Origin: an uncultured Planctomycetota bacterium
GTDB taxonomy: Bacteria > Planctomycetota > Planctomycetia > Isosphaerales > Isosphaeraceae
Assembly: GCA_963845755.1 (NCBI GenBank)
Contig: CAWJTV010000034.1
Span: 576,001-640,000, forward strand
DNA: 64,000 bases
Direction: 5' to 3'
Shown: positions 31,701 to 42,925 of the stretch, piece by piece
Layout: every line of letters begins with the position of its first letter
How positions within the stretch are numbered: position 1 is the first letter of the stretch
Notes under the pieces: generated by a model
Database searches by the model: none
The model's input: the letters and a program-made list of their open reading frames with translations, nothing else
What the model was told of the DNA's origin: nothing
Position numbers and translations under genes: made by a program

Positions 31701-33376
31701 GGCCCCTACCTCTGGTTCAACTACATCACCCGGATGCTCGTCCAGGAAACGGCGATCCTGATCCTGGATTATAATCGTCACGCCGTGCCGATGGACCGGC
31801 TGGCATGCTCGCCCGAGTCGGTCCGCCGCGCGTTCCGCACCTGGCTGGCCCACCGGATGAAGATCGACCTGGCCGACGTCTGGCTGCCGGAGTCGGTGAA
31901 ACCCGCATCGACGGGGGCCCCTGTCGCGTCGGCGTCGGTCTCCCTCGCGAGTTGCGAGGGACTCGCGGCGCCCCGCGTCATCGCCAGCCGGCCAGCGATC
32001 GGATCCAATCCCGGCAGCCACGGCGGGCGGCGTCGGGAGGCCGAGGCGTTCCTGGAGACGGTCGAGTTCACCGCGGTCAACTTCCTCGCCGACGACGCCG
32101 ATCGCGACACCGAGATCCGCTCCCGGTTCGGGCCCCAGGTCGCCGAGCTGGTGCGGCGCGACCGCCAGCAGAACGTCCGCCGGGCCTTCCGGAGCTTCCC
32201 CCTCCACGAGCTGCCGACCTCCTCACGAACGATCAACCCGTACAACCTCTACGAGACCTTCCTCTCCGGCGGCCGGGTCGCTCTCCTCCCTGTCTTCGTG
32301 ATCGGGGCCCTGGCCCGCGTCCTGGGGTTGGCGGTGAGGAGCGTCTTCCGCGTCGTTCACGAGATCCTCCATCCCCAGGTCGACCAGGATCGCACCGTCC
32401 CGCCCGACACTTACTGGGCAGCCCTGCGGAAGATCCACCGCATGCGCAAGCCGGTGTTCATGGGATCGCTCTGGCTGCGGGCCCGCTTCGACGTGGAGTA
32501 CCTGGGCTTGGCCCTGCCCACGGCACCGCCGGGGATCGCCGCCGAGTCGCTGATGGAGGCCGACCTCGATTACATCGGCGCGACCCGTCAGGACCGGATC
32601 ATCGCCGAGCAGGTCCGGCGCGAGCATCACGAGCGGCTGGAGTGGATCACCGGCTGGCTGCACCAGTTCGTCTGGACCTTCGATGAGTTGCCGAACTACC
32701 TGCGCGCGAGATCCCCTTCCTGGCCAATCGCGGGGGCGAGGCGCTGCGGGCGCTCATCACCGCCTGCGTCCTCGACCACGACGACATCGCGACGCTCGCC
32801 CTCTCGATCGAAGGGCTCAAACGAGTCCTGGCCCAGGCCGCCGATGCCGCGCAAGATCCCCGGCTGCTCCCCGCCGACCTCCCCGAGCCGATCGTCGGCC
32901 TCCGGACGCTCTGGCACCCGGTGCATCGCTGCCGGCGCCCCATCGGCGACCTCTTCGGACTCCCGTGTTTCCCGGCTTACGACTCGGCCCAGAGGACCCG
33001 TATCACCCGATATCTCCGCCGACACCGCCGCGCCGTCCGGGGCTGGATCAAGGTGGTCCTCGGCCAGGGCGGCCCCGATCCCTGGGCGACGGTCAAGGCC
33101 CGGATGCGCGACGTCATGCTCCGCACCGACCTCTGGAGCGACCAGATCCTGGTCCTCCGCGCCGTCCAGAGCTTGACCATGCTCGACGTCCAGCACAACT
33201 GCGAGCTGGTCTGGGCCCTGGGCGGTTACACTAGCCCCGAACCGGGAGGCGCCGAGCCCGAAGCCAGGCCCCCCGCCTCCCTCCTTCGCCGTGACGACGA
33301 CGAGGCACCGAACACGCCCGCCGCACCGGATGGCTCGATCTCATCCGGCCAGGAAACGTCGTCCGTAATCGCATGA
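28749..33376 (+). CDS. Very large membrane protein with an ion-transport/voltage-sensor-like S1-S4 module (frameshift near 32705)
   Basis: 1475-aa ORF continued by the frame of ORF 32921-33376; FLENLVLILI..DLAVCSVFLLDLGLKL..NLIPSLPF..LRFARLVLPIARLTRV. The start position is uncertain. Confidence 0.65.
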
Positions 33377-33730
33377 GGGAGAGCCAAACCCGAGGTCTCC
33401 GACGAGCGAATCCGTCGATCCGCCTCTCGGGACGATCCTGCCCGGGATTGTGGGAACGGTCGGGACCCTCGCGGTCACGGACACGTATTCCGACCCCCTG
33501 GGCGGGAATATCGCCTTCCAGCTTGTCGGCCCGAACTCCATATCGCTTCTGGACGTCACCGGCGCCGCTTCACTCACCGACTCGATGTTCGACGTCAGCC
33601 AGATGGACGGGTTCCAACCCACCAGCGGTGAGATCTTCGAGATCATGACGTCGGCCGGCCTGGGCGTGGCGATGTTCATGAATCCGATCTTCCAGGTCGG
33701 GAACCTCACGTGTACTGCGTCCTACATCAA

Positions 33731-35624
33731 CGCCGATTTTCGCGGAGGGAAATCGACTAACACTCCTGGCCTCATCAGCCCGTGCCAGCGTAGGTGAAGC
33801 GGAGCGTCCTGCCACCGGCCCAGGGAATCGCTCCGGCTTTGGCGTCGAGCCCCGCTTGCCTCAGGATCGGATTGTGCGACCGCCTCTGGAAGTGGACATG
33901 GATCTGGTCTCTTGTGACGCGAACCGTCCCACCCGTCTCGATGATCTTGCGGCAGAGCCGCTTGGGCTTCGCCTCGGCAAAGCCGTCCAGTTCGCTCGCC
34001 AGCCAGCGATAGCACCCATTGGCCAGGACCGTCAAGGCCGCGTCCAGGTCGGCGTTGAGAGGGACTTCGCTGGCCAGGCAGTCAAGATGGAAGAAGTTGA
34101 CGCCGCTACCCAGGGAATCCTCGATCCCGTTGCGGCTCGTATAGCGCGTGATGATCTGCCGAGCCGTTGCCTCAAGATTGTTGCTCAAGACGAGCGTGGG
34201 TTTGTCTCGCCCCAATCCGGTGATGGCGATCTGCCGCAATCCCCCCTCGTAGTCGGCGACCCGGATGGTCTGCTCAAGATCTCGGATGTTCCGATGTCGG
34301 CGGTGCGGGGTGTCGATCACGGTGCGTCGCCATGCGGATGGCGGCTGCTTTTCCAATCCCCGGAGGATCCGGCTGCCTCGCCGTCGGATGGTGATGAACC
34401 AGGTCTTACCACGGAGGTTGAGTCGGTTCATCTCGGCGTAGGTCGTGAGCCTCGAATCGAAATAGACCCAGGTGGGATCCGCGCCAGGATCGACCGGCAG
34501 AACTCGACGAATTTCAGCAATTGTCCCGGGGCTCCGTCGCGGATGACGGTGGCGTCCGAGTAGCACAACAGCCGGGATTTCACGGCTTGAGCGAAGAACG
34601 TGAGGATGCTGGGGACGGCTTTACCACGCATCGGCACATAATGATTTTCCAACCCGGTGTCCTCGCCGCGATGCGGCACGGAGTGGAAGTCCAGGCTGAA
34701 CGCCTCCGGCGCGGGATCCAGCCGCGGCAGGAGCCGGGAGACCCATCCGGCGAGCAACTGTCGTTGATTCTCCCGGACCGTGCGGTACGAATAGTCGGTG
34801 GCGAAGGTCGCCTTGGGCAAGATATTCAAGCCGGCGAAGAGCCCCAGGGCCTCGTCGAAATTGAAGTCGCTGATGTGACTGCGTCGTTCCTTGTCGATCC
34901 GTTTCAGGGCCAGCAGACTCCACAGGGCCGAGGTGGCCGGGACCATGTCGGATCCGGGATAACCGGCCTGCTTGACCAGGTCGTCGAAGCCCAGTTGCAC
35001 CAGGAGCGGCCAGAAGGCGAAGAGGCCCGCGACGCGGGTCTCCAACGGCGCCGTCATTTCCTGGAACGAGCAGTTCCGGACATCGGCGACGGGGGCGGTG
35101 AGTGGAAGGCACGAGCGATCGCGATCCGTGCGTGATGGCCTGCCGACCTTCGGCTTGTGAAAAAGGGGGGAGGCGAACCGGAGTGGATCGCGCTCCGAAA
35201 CTGATGGACCAGTTGCCGGATGCTCCCGTGCGTATAGCCGTATCGGTCAGCGACGTCGTTCTGGCGAAGGCCGTCAACGAAGATGGCGCGCAACGCCTCG
35301 TATTGGCGGTGATAGGTCGCGGAATCCGCATCCGTGAAGAACTGGCGGCAAGAGGTATCCTCCATGGCTGCACTCCGAGTGTGAGGTGGTTTTCAGCGAA
35401 GTCCTCCTCTCAACCGTCGTATCAAAATGGGAGGCCTGGGGCCAAGCGGGAGGGTACTCGAAGCTTGGAAAAAAGGGAGAGACGGCGGGATCGACCAGTC
35501 ATCCAGCAGGATCACTCGGCCACGGCCGCTGAAAACCGGCTAACACGAGCCGGAGCCGGATCGCGGGAACACGCTGATCCTGCACCGAGAACTGTGAGTG
35601 AATTTCCCTCCGCGAAAATCGGCG
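33731..35624 (-). mobile_element. 1894-bp insertion sequence (DDE type, family not assigned)
   Basis: Perfect 23-bp TIR CGCCGATTTTCGCGGAGGGAAAT at 33731-33753 and 35602-35624; 4-bp target duplication TCAA at 33727-33730 and 35625-35628. Confidence 0.92.
33775..35365 (-). CDS. Transposase: N-terminal HTH plus DDE domain, in three frames (shifts near 35165 and 34485)
   Basis: HRQYEALRA..VADRYGY HTH; FSLDFH, VYFDSR and YTSRNGIED supply candidate D, D and E; lies between the TIRs. Confidence 0.82.
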
Positions 35625-36436
35625 TCAACAATGATACGGACGTCCTGCTCACCGTCAGCGGCAGCGCGGTGCTGGAGCCGGCATCGCTCGTGATGCTCGG
35701 CCTGGGCGTCGCGGGCATCGCGGTCTTCATGGCTCGCAAGTCCCGATTAGCGGGTCGAAGTTGAGGCAGTTTGGGACGACGACGCAGTCTCCCGAAGAAT
35801 AGAAATCCGCAAGATTTTTATGTCTCAGTCGGGCCAAGAATTGCGCCGAAAAATCGGGCCAATTCTCCGATAGGTGCATTAACCGAATTCCAAACCTGCG
35901 GCATACTGATTAGAGGGGGATGGCGCGTGCGCGAGCGGTCTGGTCTGGCTCGGCCCGTTGTCCCCGTCTCAGGTAGGCTCTCCTCCCATCTTCACCGACG
36001 ACGGTTCTCGCTCTGGCCGACCCTGCCGCAGGTCGAGGACCGTGCACCCTGCGCCGGAAACCCGCCGAAACGTTGCCAACGAGTGCAAGTTGGTGACACA
36101 GGTTTTCCGCCCGAAATCCAATGAGAAAAAGGATTTAATTCAAGACGAGTCGAACTGGGCCGAAAGCGCGAGAGTGCCAGGGCCCGCGGCTGTGCCACGT
36201 TCCTGGAAAAGCCGGCCTCAGGATCACTCGGGCTCTGAACGCACAGACCCATCGGCCGAACCTGAATCGTTGCAAGCGAACCATAATGATCTCGTGGAAC
36301 GGGCGAGTGCGGCCTTTTCACCGCTCAAACCTGGCGCCGCCGAGACAACTCGAAAGTCCGGCCGGTCGGTCGTCACTCGGCAGCGGGATGGCGCGATGTT
36401 GCGGAACTCTTTGGGGAAAGCGATGCGCCGGGATGC

Positions 36437-36465
36437 TTGACAAGGTAGGAGCGATTCTCTAAAGT
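36437..36465 (+). promoter_or_regulatory. Sigma70-type promoter for tex
   Basis: TTGACA-17 bp-TAAAGT, about 160 bp upstream of the ATG. Confidence 0.55.
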
Positions 36466-36623
36466 GACCGAACTTATTTGTCAGCCAAGTACCTCCGTGC
36501 GCTCGAATCTTTGGACTGCCAGCGAAACGAGATGCCTCCGGGGCGATGGTTTTGAGTTGGTTCGCTGAGCCGTCCTCCATCTCATCGCCGCCCGAAACTC
36601 ACCAGGTGCAGAGTAGAGTCTCC

Positions 36624-39600
36624 ATGGACAACCCGATCCAGGTCAACCTGGGGCGCATTGCGCAGGACCTGCAAATTCGGCGCGTGCAAGTGGAGAGTGT
36701 CGTCCAGCTCCTGGACGAGGGGAATACCGTCCCCTTCATCACTCGCTATCGGAAGGAACGGACGGGCAACCTCAACGAGGTGACGATCCGGGAGATCCAG
36801 CTCCGGGTGCAGCGATTGCGCGAGTTGGCCGACCGCAAGGAGACGATCCTCAAGGCGATCGAGGCCCAGGGGAAGCTGACTCCCGACCTGACCGCGGCCA
36901 TTCGCGCGGCCGACAACCCCAAGCGGCTCGAAGACCTTTACCTGCCGTTCAAGCCCAAGAAGCGCACCAAGGCGTCCGACGCCCGCGAGCGGGGCCTCGA
37001 GCCCCTGGCCTTCCGGATCTGGACCCGCGACGACACCCTCGCCGACCTCGACGCGGCTGCCCAGGAGCTGGTGAACGCCGAGAAGGGCGTCGAATCGGTC
37101 GAGAAGGTCCTGGAAGGTGTCGGCCATATCCTCGCCGAGGCGATCAGCGAGATGGCCATGGTCCGCGACGCCGTGCGCAAGGTCGTGTGGAAGACCGGCA
37201 AGATCGTCACCAACAAGGCCGAGATCCCGGAAGGCCAGGGACTCGAGTACCGCGATTACTTCGACTACTCCGAGCCGGTCGCCCAGATTCCGCCTCATCG
37301 TGTGCTGGCAATTAATCGTGGGGATAAGGAAGGGCCGCTGAAGGTGAAGCTCGAGGTATCCCGGCCCGATGTGGAGGCCGTGCTTTTCACCCAGCTCCCG
37401 CTGGATGGCCATCCGCAGGCCGAGCTGTTCCGCGCCGCGGCGATCGACGCGCTGGATCGGCTGATCCTCCCGAGCATGGAACGCGAAGTCCGACGCGACC
37501 TGACCGAGGCCGCCGAGAAGCACGCCGTCGAGGTCTTCGCCCGTAACCTCGGCAGCTTACTGCTCCAGCCACCGATCCCGAAACAAGTGGTCCTGGCCGT
37601 CGATCCGGGGTTCCGCACAGGCTGCAAGGTCGCCGTGCTCGATCCGAGCGGGAATCTGCTGGATCAGGTGGTCATCTTTCCCCATCCTCCCCAGAATCGT
37701 CGGTCCGAGGCCAAGGTGGTGCTCAAGGACCTGGTGGGCAAGCACCATGTGAACGTGGTGGCAATCGGCAACGGGACGGCGTGCCGTGAGACCGAGGAGT
37801 TGATCGCCGAGATCATTGCCGAGGGGACGCGTTTTAGTCAGGGTGAAGGCGCCGCGGCCCCCGAATCCCCGCCCGAGATTGCCGAAATGCTCGCTCTCGT
37901 GGAGGAAGGTGCTGGCGAGTCCCGCACGGCGGCCGCAACGTCCGACGACGAGGTCGCCCCGGGCGAGGAGTCGAGCATCCCGGCGGAGCCTGCAATCGAT
38001 CCTGCCGGCGAGCCGGCGTTCGCAGTGGTCAGCGACCAGACGTCTCCCGACAACAGCGAGTCGGATCCGCCAATACCAGCGGAGCCCGCCCCGGACGAAC
38101 CGATGGCGTCGGAGGAAAACAGTCTCGGGAATGGGTCTGGCGGTGACTCGCACGCGCGGGCGGAAACGCATACCTCGACCCCGACGGAAGCGACGGTCCA
38201 GATGCTGCCGCCGATTTCGGGAGGGGCCCTGGACGCCGACCCCCCGTCAACCGAACCCGAAGGCGGATCCGAGGCCGGACTGCACGAACCACCTTCGACG
38301 GAAGGTGTATCCACCGCTCTGATGGAAGGAGCCGGGACGGGCTTCGGCGACCCGGGCGCCGCACGATCGCAAGAGGAGCCCGCCGCAGCCGAGCCGGTTT
38401 CGACCGGCGACCACCAACCTGCCCCCTCGGGGGCGGCTCCGGAACCGACCGCGGTCGGTCCGATCGAGGGGCAAGACGCAACTGCTGTCCCGGAAGCCAA
38501 CCATAGAGAGGCCGCAGGCCCGGACTCGACCAGTGAGTCGATCTCCCCGGCGGCCGCGGATCTCGGCGAGATGACCGCTGAGCCGACTCCTACCGGGGAC
38601 CATCAGCCGGTCCCATCAGCAGAGTCGACTCCGTCTGCGCCGACAGACGAGTCGTCGACGATTTCCGCTCCGAGCGAGGCAACGTCCAGTGTCCCGGTCG
38701 GATCCGCGGCGGCGCCCGGCGGTCGGCCTCCTCGCCAGGGCCGCGGTGGCGGCCAGGGGAAATCGGAGTCTCGTCGGCCGCCTCGTGCTAAGCCCTCCGC
38801 GACCCCACCCCCTCCGCCATCGCCCCCGCAGCCGCACCCGGCCGACGCCTTGCTCGCCCAGCTTGCCTACGTGATTGTGAACGAGGCCGGGGCCAGCGTT
38901 TACTCGACCAGTCAGGTCGGCCGCGACGAGCTGCCGGACTCGGATCCGACTTTGCGGAGCACCATCTCGATCGGACGACGACTCCAGGATCCTCTGTCTG
39001 AACTGGTCAAGATCGAGCCCCAGAACATCGGCGTCGGTCTCTATCAGCACGACGTCAATCCTAAGCAGCTCAAGGAAACGCTCGAGTCGGTCATCTCGAG
39101 CTGCGTCAACTTCGTCGGGGTCAACCTGAACACGGCGAGCGTTCCGTTGCTTCGCCATGTCTCCGGCCTCAACCAGTTGACGGCGCGACGGATCGTCGAA
39201 TTCCGCATGGAACACGGCCCCTACCGACGGCGCACTCAGTTGACGGAGGTCGAGGGGGTTGGCCCGGCGACGTTCACGCAGGCCGCTGGCTTCCTCAAGC
39301 TCCTCGATGGCGAGGATCCGCTGGATCGCACGTGGGTCCACCCCGAGAGTTACCCGGCCGCCATGAAGCTGGTGGAGAAGTTTGGATTCACGCCAGAGGT
39401 CGTGCGAGACAAGGTAAGCCTGCCCGAACTGCGCACGCAGTTGACCCAGGCCGACGTCCCGGGTCTGGTCACGGAGCTGGAGATCGGCGAGTTCACGCTC
39501 CGCGACATCATTGAAGCGCTCGGTTCAACCGGATCGCGACCCGCGCGATGACTTGCCCAAGCCGATCTTCAAGAAAGGCGTGCTCAAGCTGGAGGACCTC

Positions 39601-40545
39601 ACCGCCGGCATGGAGCTGAAGGGAACGGTCCTCAACGTCGTGGATTTCGGCGCGTTCGTCAACATCGGCCTGAAAGATTCCGGGCTGGTCCACATCAGTC
39701 AACTGGCCAACCGGTACGTCAAGAGCCCACACGACGTCGTCAGCGTCAGCGACGTGGTAACAGTGTGGGTCATGGGTGTGGACCAGGAACGGAAACGGGT
39801 CTCACTGACCATGGTCAAGCCGGGTACAGAACGGCATCGGGGCGCCCCGAGTGGCGGCCGTCGTGGTGGCGGCCCTGGCGGCGATCCTCGAGACCCGAAC
39901 CGCGAGCGTGAGCCGCGCGGCGGGCCGCCTGGCCAGGGGCGTCGCGGTGGCCCCGGCGGCAACCGTGGTCCGCGTCCGACCGGCTCCGCGCTGACTTCCC
40001 CGCCGGTAGGTGCCCCTTCGGTCGCGGTCCTTGCCGAGACGCCGTCTCGCCGGTCAGATCGGGATCATGGTCGCGGCCCGGGACCGGGTCCCGGCGGCGG
40101 CCCGCGCGCTGGCGAGGCATCCGGCGCAGGACCGGCTCCTCCACGGTTTGGCCGTGGACCGGGTTCCGGTGGTGGTCCGCCTGGCTCGAGAGGCCCTCAG
40201 CATGGTCACGGAGGCGGCCGGCCACAGCGGTACGATCGCGATCGCATCCAGGATCGAGGAGCACCCCCACGGTCGCCCAGCCGTCCCTCCCGACCCAGCT
40301 CACCGCCGCCCCCACTCTCCAAAGATGCCCTGGCCGGCAACGTCCCGCTCCGAACCTTCGGCCAGCTCAAGCAACTCTGGGAAGCCCGCGTTGAAGGGCC
40401 CGAGTCAGCCGATGTCCCTCAGTCGGAAGCCGAGACCGGGCCGTCCTCCGCTCAGGTTCAATCTCCGCACGAGTCGCAACCCCCCGATTCGACCAATACC
40501 CCAGTGACCCCGGCCGAGCCGGAGCCGCCGTCGAACCCCAACTAA
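36624..40545 (+). CDS. tex: Tex family RNA-binding transcriptional accessory protein with a large internal insertion (frameshift near 39525)
   Basis: LLDEGNTVPFITRYRKERTG, LEDLYLPFK, DPGFRTGCK, IGNGTACRET, VNEAGASVYS, IGVGLYQHD, and the S1 domain NVVDFGAFV..GLVHISQL. Confidence 0.93.
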
Positions 40546-40790
40546 GCTCGCCGCGTATCCACATTGAGACGGGACGTCCATCTGCCCTACCATGGCGATT
40601 GTGCAATGTTGAATGGAGTGATGCATTTGCATAAGACCCTCTGGCGGAGCCGGCCGTCGAATTGCTCACCTTGGGTGAATTGGTGGGAGCCGCTATAATT
40701 TCGGAAGGTGATTGCTCGCGGGTGGCTTCCGCACACCGGAACCCCTTCGAGATGACCGGGTATCGATGGTCTGCTGAGGATAGATCGGTA

Positions 40791-41996
40791 ATGGGTGTAT
40801 TCGCCTGGCGGAACTTGCTCACACGGCCGCTTCGGACGATCTTGGCGTTAGTGGGGTTGTCGATCCCGATCCTCGGTGTATTAGGGCTGTTCTGCGTCTC
40901 GAACGGTTTGCGGAATCTGGTGGGTGAGACCCTGGGCGGAATTGAGGGGTTGATCGTACTGGGCGATAACCAGCCCAGCCCGGTCTTCAGCACCATCCCC
41001 GCGACCCTGGCCGACGAACTGAGGCGGATGCCCAAGATTCGGGCGGTCGCACCGGAGGTCTGGGGGATCGCTCCGTCGATCGAGGGATGGGGCATGATCT
41101 CTGGTCTCTTCTCCGGGAAGAAGACAACAATCTTCGACCAGCCGGTGATCGCCGGCCAGGAGATCGTCGCTCATCAGAATCTCCGCAGCGCCGTCTTCCC
41201 GAGGGCACTCCGGGAGCACGGTGAAGGACGATTCCTCCTGCCCAGCGATGAAGGTCAGCCGAATATCGTCATCAGCCGCAAGATCGCCCGCGATCACCCC
41301 AACGCTCAGGGCCAGCCCAGGAAAGTTGGCGATTCGCTGGATATCGGCGGCAAGCCGTTCCGAATCGTCGGCCTCTATGAAACGGGCTCGATGCTCCTGG
41401 ATGTTGTGATCCTCATGGACATCGGGATGGCGCGAAGCGTCTTGAATCGGCCTCCCGGGTCGGTCTCCTGCATCTATGTCGAGGGAGAAGATCCCGTGGA
41501 TAACACCGCACTCTCCGCGGCGATCGAGAAGGCTCATCCCAGCGTCAACGCCCGGAGTATGCGAGAGGCGCAGGCCAATTTCAGCTCCTTGTTGGGACAA
41601 GTCGACACTTTCTTACTGATGACGGTCAGCCTGGCCCTCATCGTGGGGATCGTCGGCATCATCAATACCATGCTGATGAGCACGACCGAGCGGTTCACCG
41701 AGTTCGGCGTACTCCGCACCAACGGCTGGTCTCAGGGCAACATCCTGACGCTGGTCACCCTCGAGAGTGCCTATCTGGGTCTACTCTCCGGTCTGGTCGG
41801 CTGCGGCCTGGCGTGGGCCGGCATCCTGGTGGCCAATCAGTTCATCTCCGGGGGGATGCACCTGGACTTGACGCCCTCGCTCGCGGCGCTAGGCATCGGA
41901 CTGTCGGTCGCAATGGGCATGCTGGGCGGATTGTATCCAGCCTGGAAGGCCGCCCGGATGGTCCCCATGGAGGCGATCCGGTTGGGATCGCATTGA
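40791..41996 (+). CDS. ABC transporter permease (MacB/FtsX family)
   Basis: AWRNLLTRPLRTIL, GIINTMLMSTTER..EFGVLR, GGLYPAWKAARM.P.EAIR. Confidence 0.9.
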   Translation: MGVFAWRNLLTRPLRTILALVGLSIPILGVLGLFCVSNGLRNLVGETLGGIEGLIVLGDNQPSPVFSTIPATLADELRRMPKIRAVAPEVWGIAPSIEGWGMISGLFSGKKTTIFDQPVIAGQEIVAHQNLRSAVFPRALREHGEGRFLLPSDEGQPNIVISRKIARDHPNAQGQPRKVGDSLDIGGKPFRIVGLYETGSMLLDVVILMDIGMARSVLNRPPGSVSCIYVEGEDPVDNTALSAAIEKAHPSVNARSMREAQANFSSLLGQVDTFLLMTVSLALIVGIVGIINTMLMSTTERFTEFGVLRTNGWSQGNILTLVTLESAYLGLLSGLVGCGLAWAGILVANQFISGGMHLDLTPSLAALGIGLSVAMGMLGGLYPAWKAARMVPMEAIRLGSH

Positions 41997-42001
41997 ATCT
42001 T

Positions 42002-42166
42002 GGCAGTAGGCAGTCGGCGGTGAAAACCGGGACAGGAAGTCGGATTCGGAATCTTGCCGCACTTTGAACTGCGGTCGCTGTACTCTATGAGGATCGTTCG
42101 AGGGGAGAAAGACCACCAGGCAGACTGAAAAACTTCCACAATTCCTCCTACTGCCTACTGCCTACC
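42002..42166. repeat. Inverted short heptamer runs (AGGCAGT / ACTGCCT) bracketing the intergenic spacer
   Basis: GGCAGTAGGCAGTCGGCGG at 42002 and CCTACTGCCTACTGCCTACC at 42147. Confidence 0.55.
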
Positions 42167-42186
42167 ATTTCGCGAGAGGTCTCCCG

Positions 42187-42897
42187 ATGATCGATGTGAG
42201 GAACGTTCATAAGTCCTACCAAAGCGGCAGTCGTTGGGTCGAGGCCTTGCGTGGGGTCACTTGCGAGATCGAGCGAGGGCGATTCGCATTCATCGTCGGA
42301 CCGAGCGGGTCGGGCAAGAGCACGCTCCTCTACCTCATCGGGTCCCTGGACCGTCCGACGTCGGGCGAGATCATCGTCGAGGGTCAGAATCTCGTCACGA
42401 TGTCGGCGGCCGAACAGAACGCGTATCGTCGCGACCAGATCGGCTTCATTTTCCAGTCATTCAACCTGATCAGTAACCTGACGGCGCTGGAGAACGTGCT
42501 GGTCCCGTTCCTGCCGCGGGGCGTGTCGGCGGAACAGCGGCAGAGGGCGATCTCCTTGCTGAAAGATGTCGGCCTGGAGGATCGCATCGATCACCGGCCG
42601 TATCAGCTCTCCGGCGGCGAGCAGCAGCGGGTGGCGATCGCCCGAGCGCTGGTCAAGCAACCCGTGCTCATCCTCGCCGACGAGCCGACCGGCGAGCTGG
42701 ACTCCAAATCCGGAGACGAGATCTACAGGATCCTTCGCAGGCTCCAGGAAGCCTCGGGGACCACTTTGGTCATCGTGACCCACGATCGCCGATTCATCAC
42801 CGCCGACGACATGGTCCTCGAGATCCAGGACGGTCAACTCGCCAACGGGCAAGACTCCGAAACCGTGGATTACTCGGCCGCGTTGAGCCCGCGATGA
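42187..42897 (+). CDS. ABC transporter ATP-binding protein (LolD/MacB-like)
   Basis: [35 protein letters not shown]. Confidence 0.95.
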   Translation: MIDVRNVHKSYQSGSRWVEALRGVTCEIERGRFAFIVGPSGSGKSTLLYLIGSLDRPTSGEIIVEGQNLVTMSAAEQNAYRRDQIGFIFQSFNLISNLTALENVLVPFLPRGVSAEQRQRAISLLKDVGLEDRIDHRPYQLSGGEQQRVAIARALVKQPVLILADEPTGELDSKSGDEIYRILRRLQEASGTTLVIVTHDRRFITADDMVLEIQDGQLANGQDSETVDYSAALSPR

Positions 42898-42925
42898 CCT
42901 TCATCGGCATGAGCGGGTTTTGTCA

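Larger units (their letters stand above)
33450..35764 (+). pseudogene. 5'-truncated PEP-CTERM gene remnant interrupted by an IS
   Basis: Removing 33731-35624 plus one TCAA restores the in-frame ...TASYINNDTDVLLTVSGSAVLEPASLVMLGLGVAGIAVFMARKSR; no signal peptide is found upstream. Confidence 0.75.

Noticed and set aside
35765..36436. ncRNA or small gene in the long spacer before tex
   Set aside because: I recognised no tRNA, riboswitch or convincing ORF by eye; an Rfam scan would be needed to exclude one.
37825..38855. Intein in Tex
   Set aside because: There is no N-terminal Cys/Ser block, no His-Asn end and no endonuclease motifs; the composition is low-complexity.
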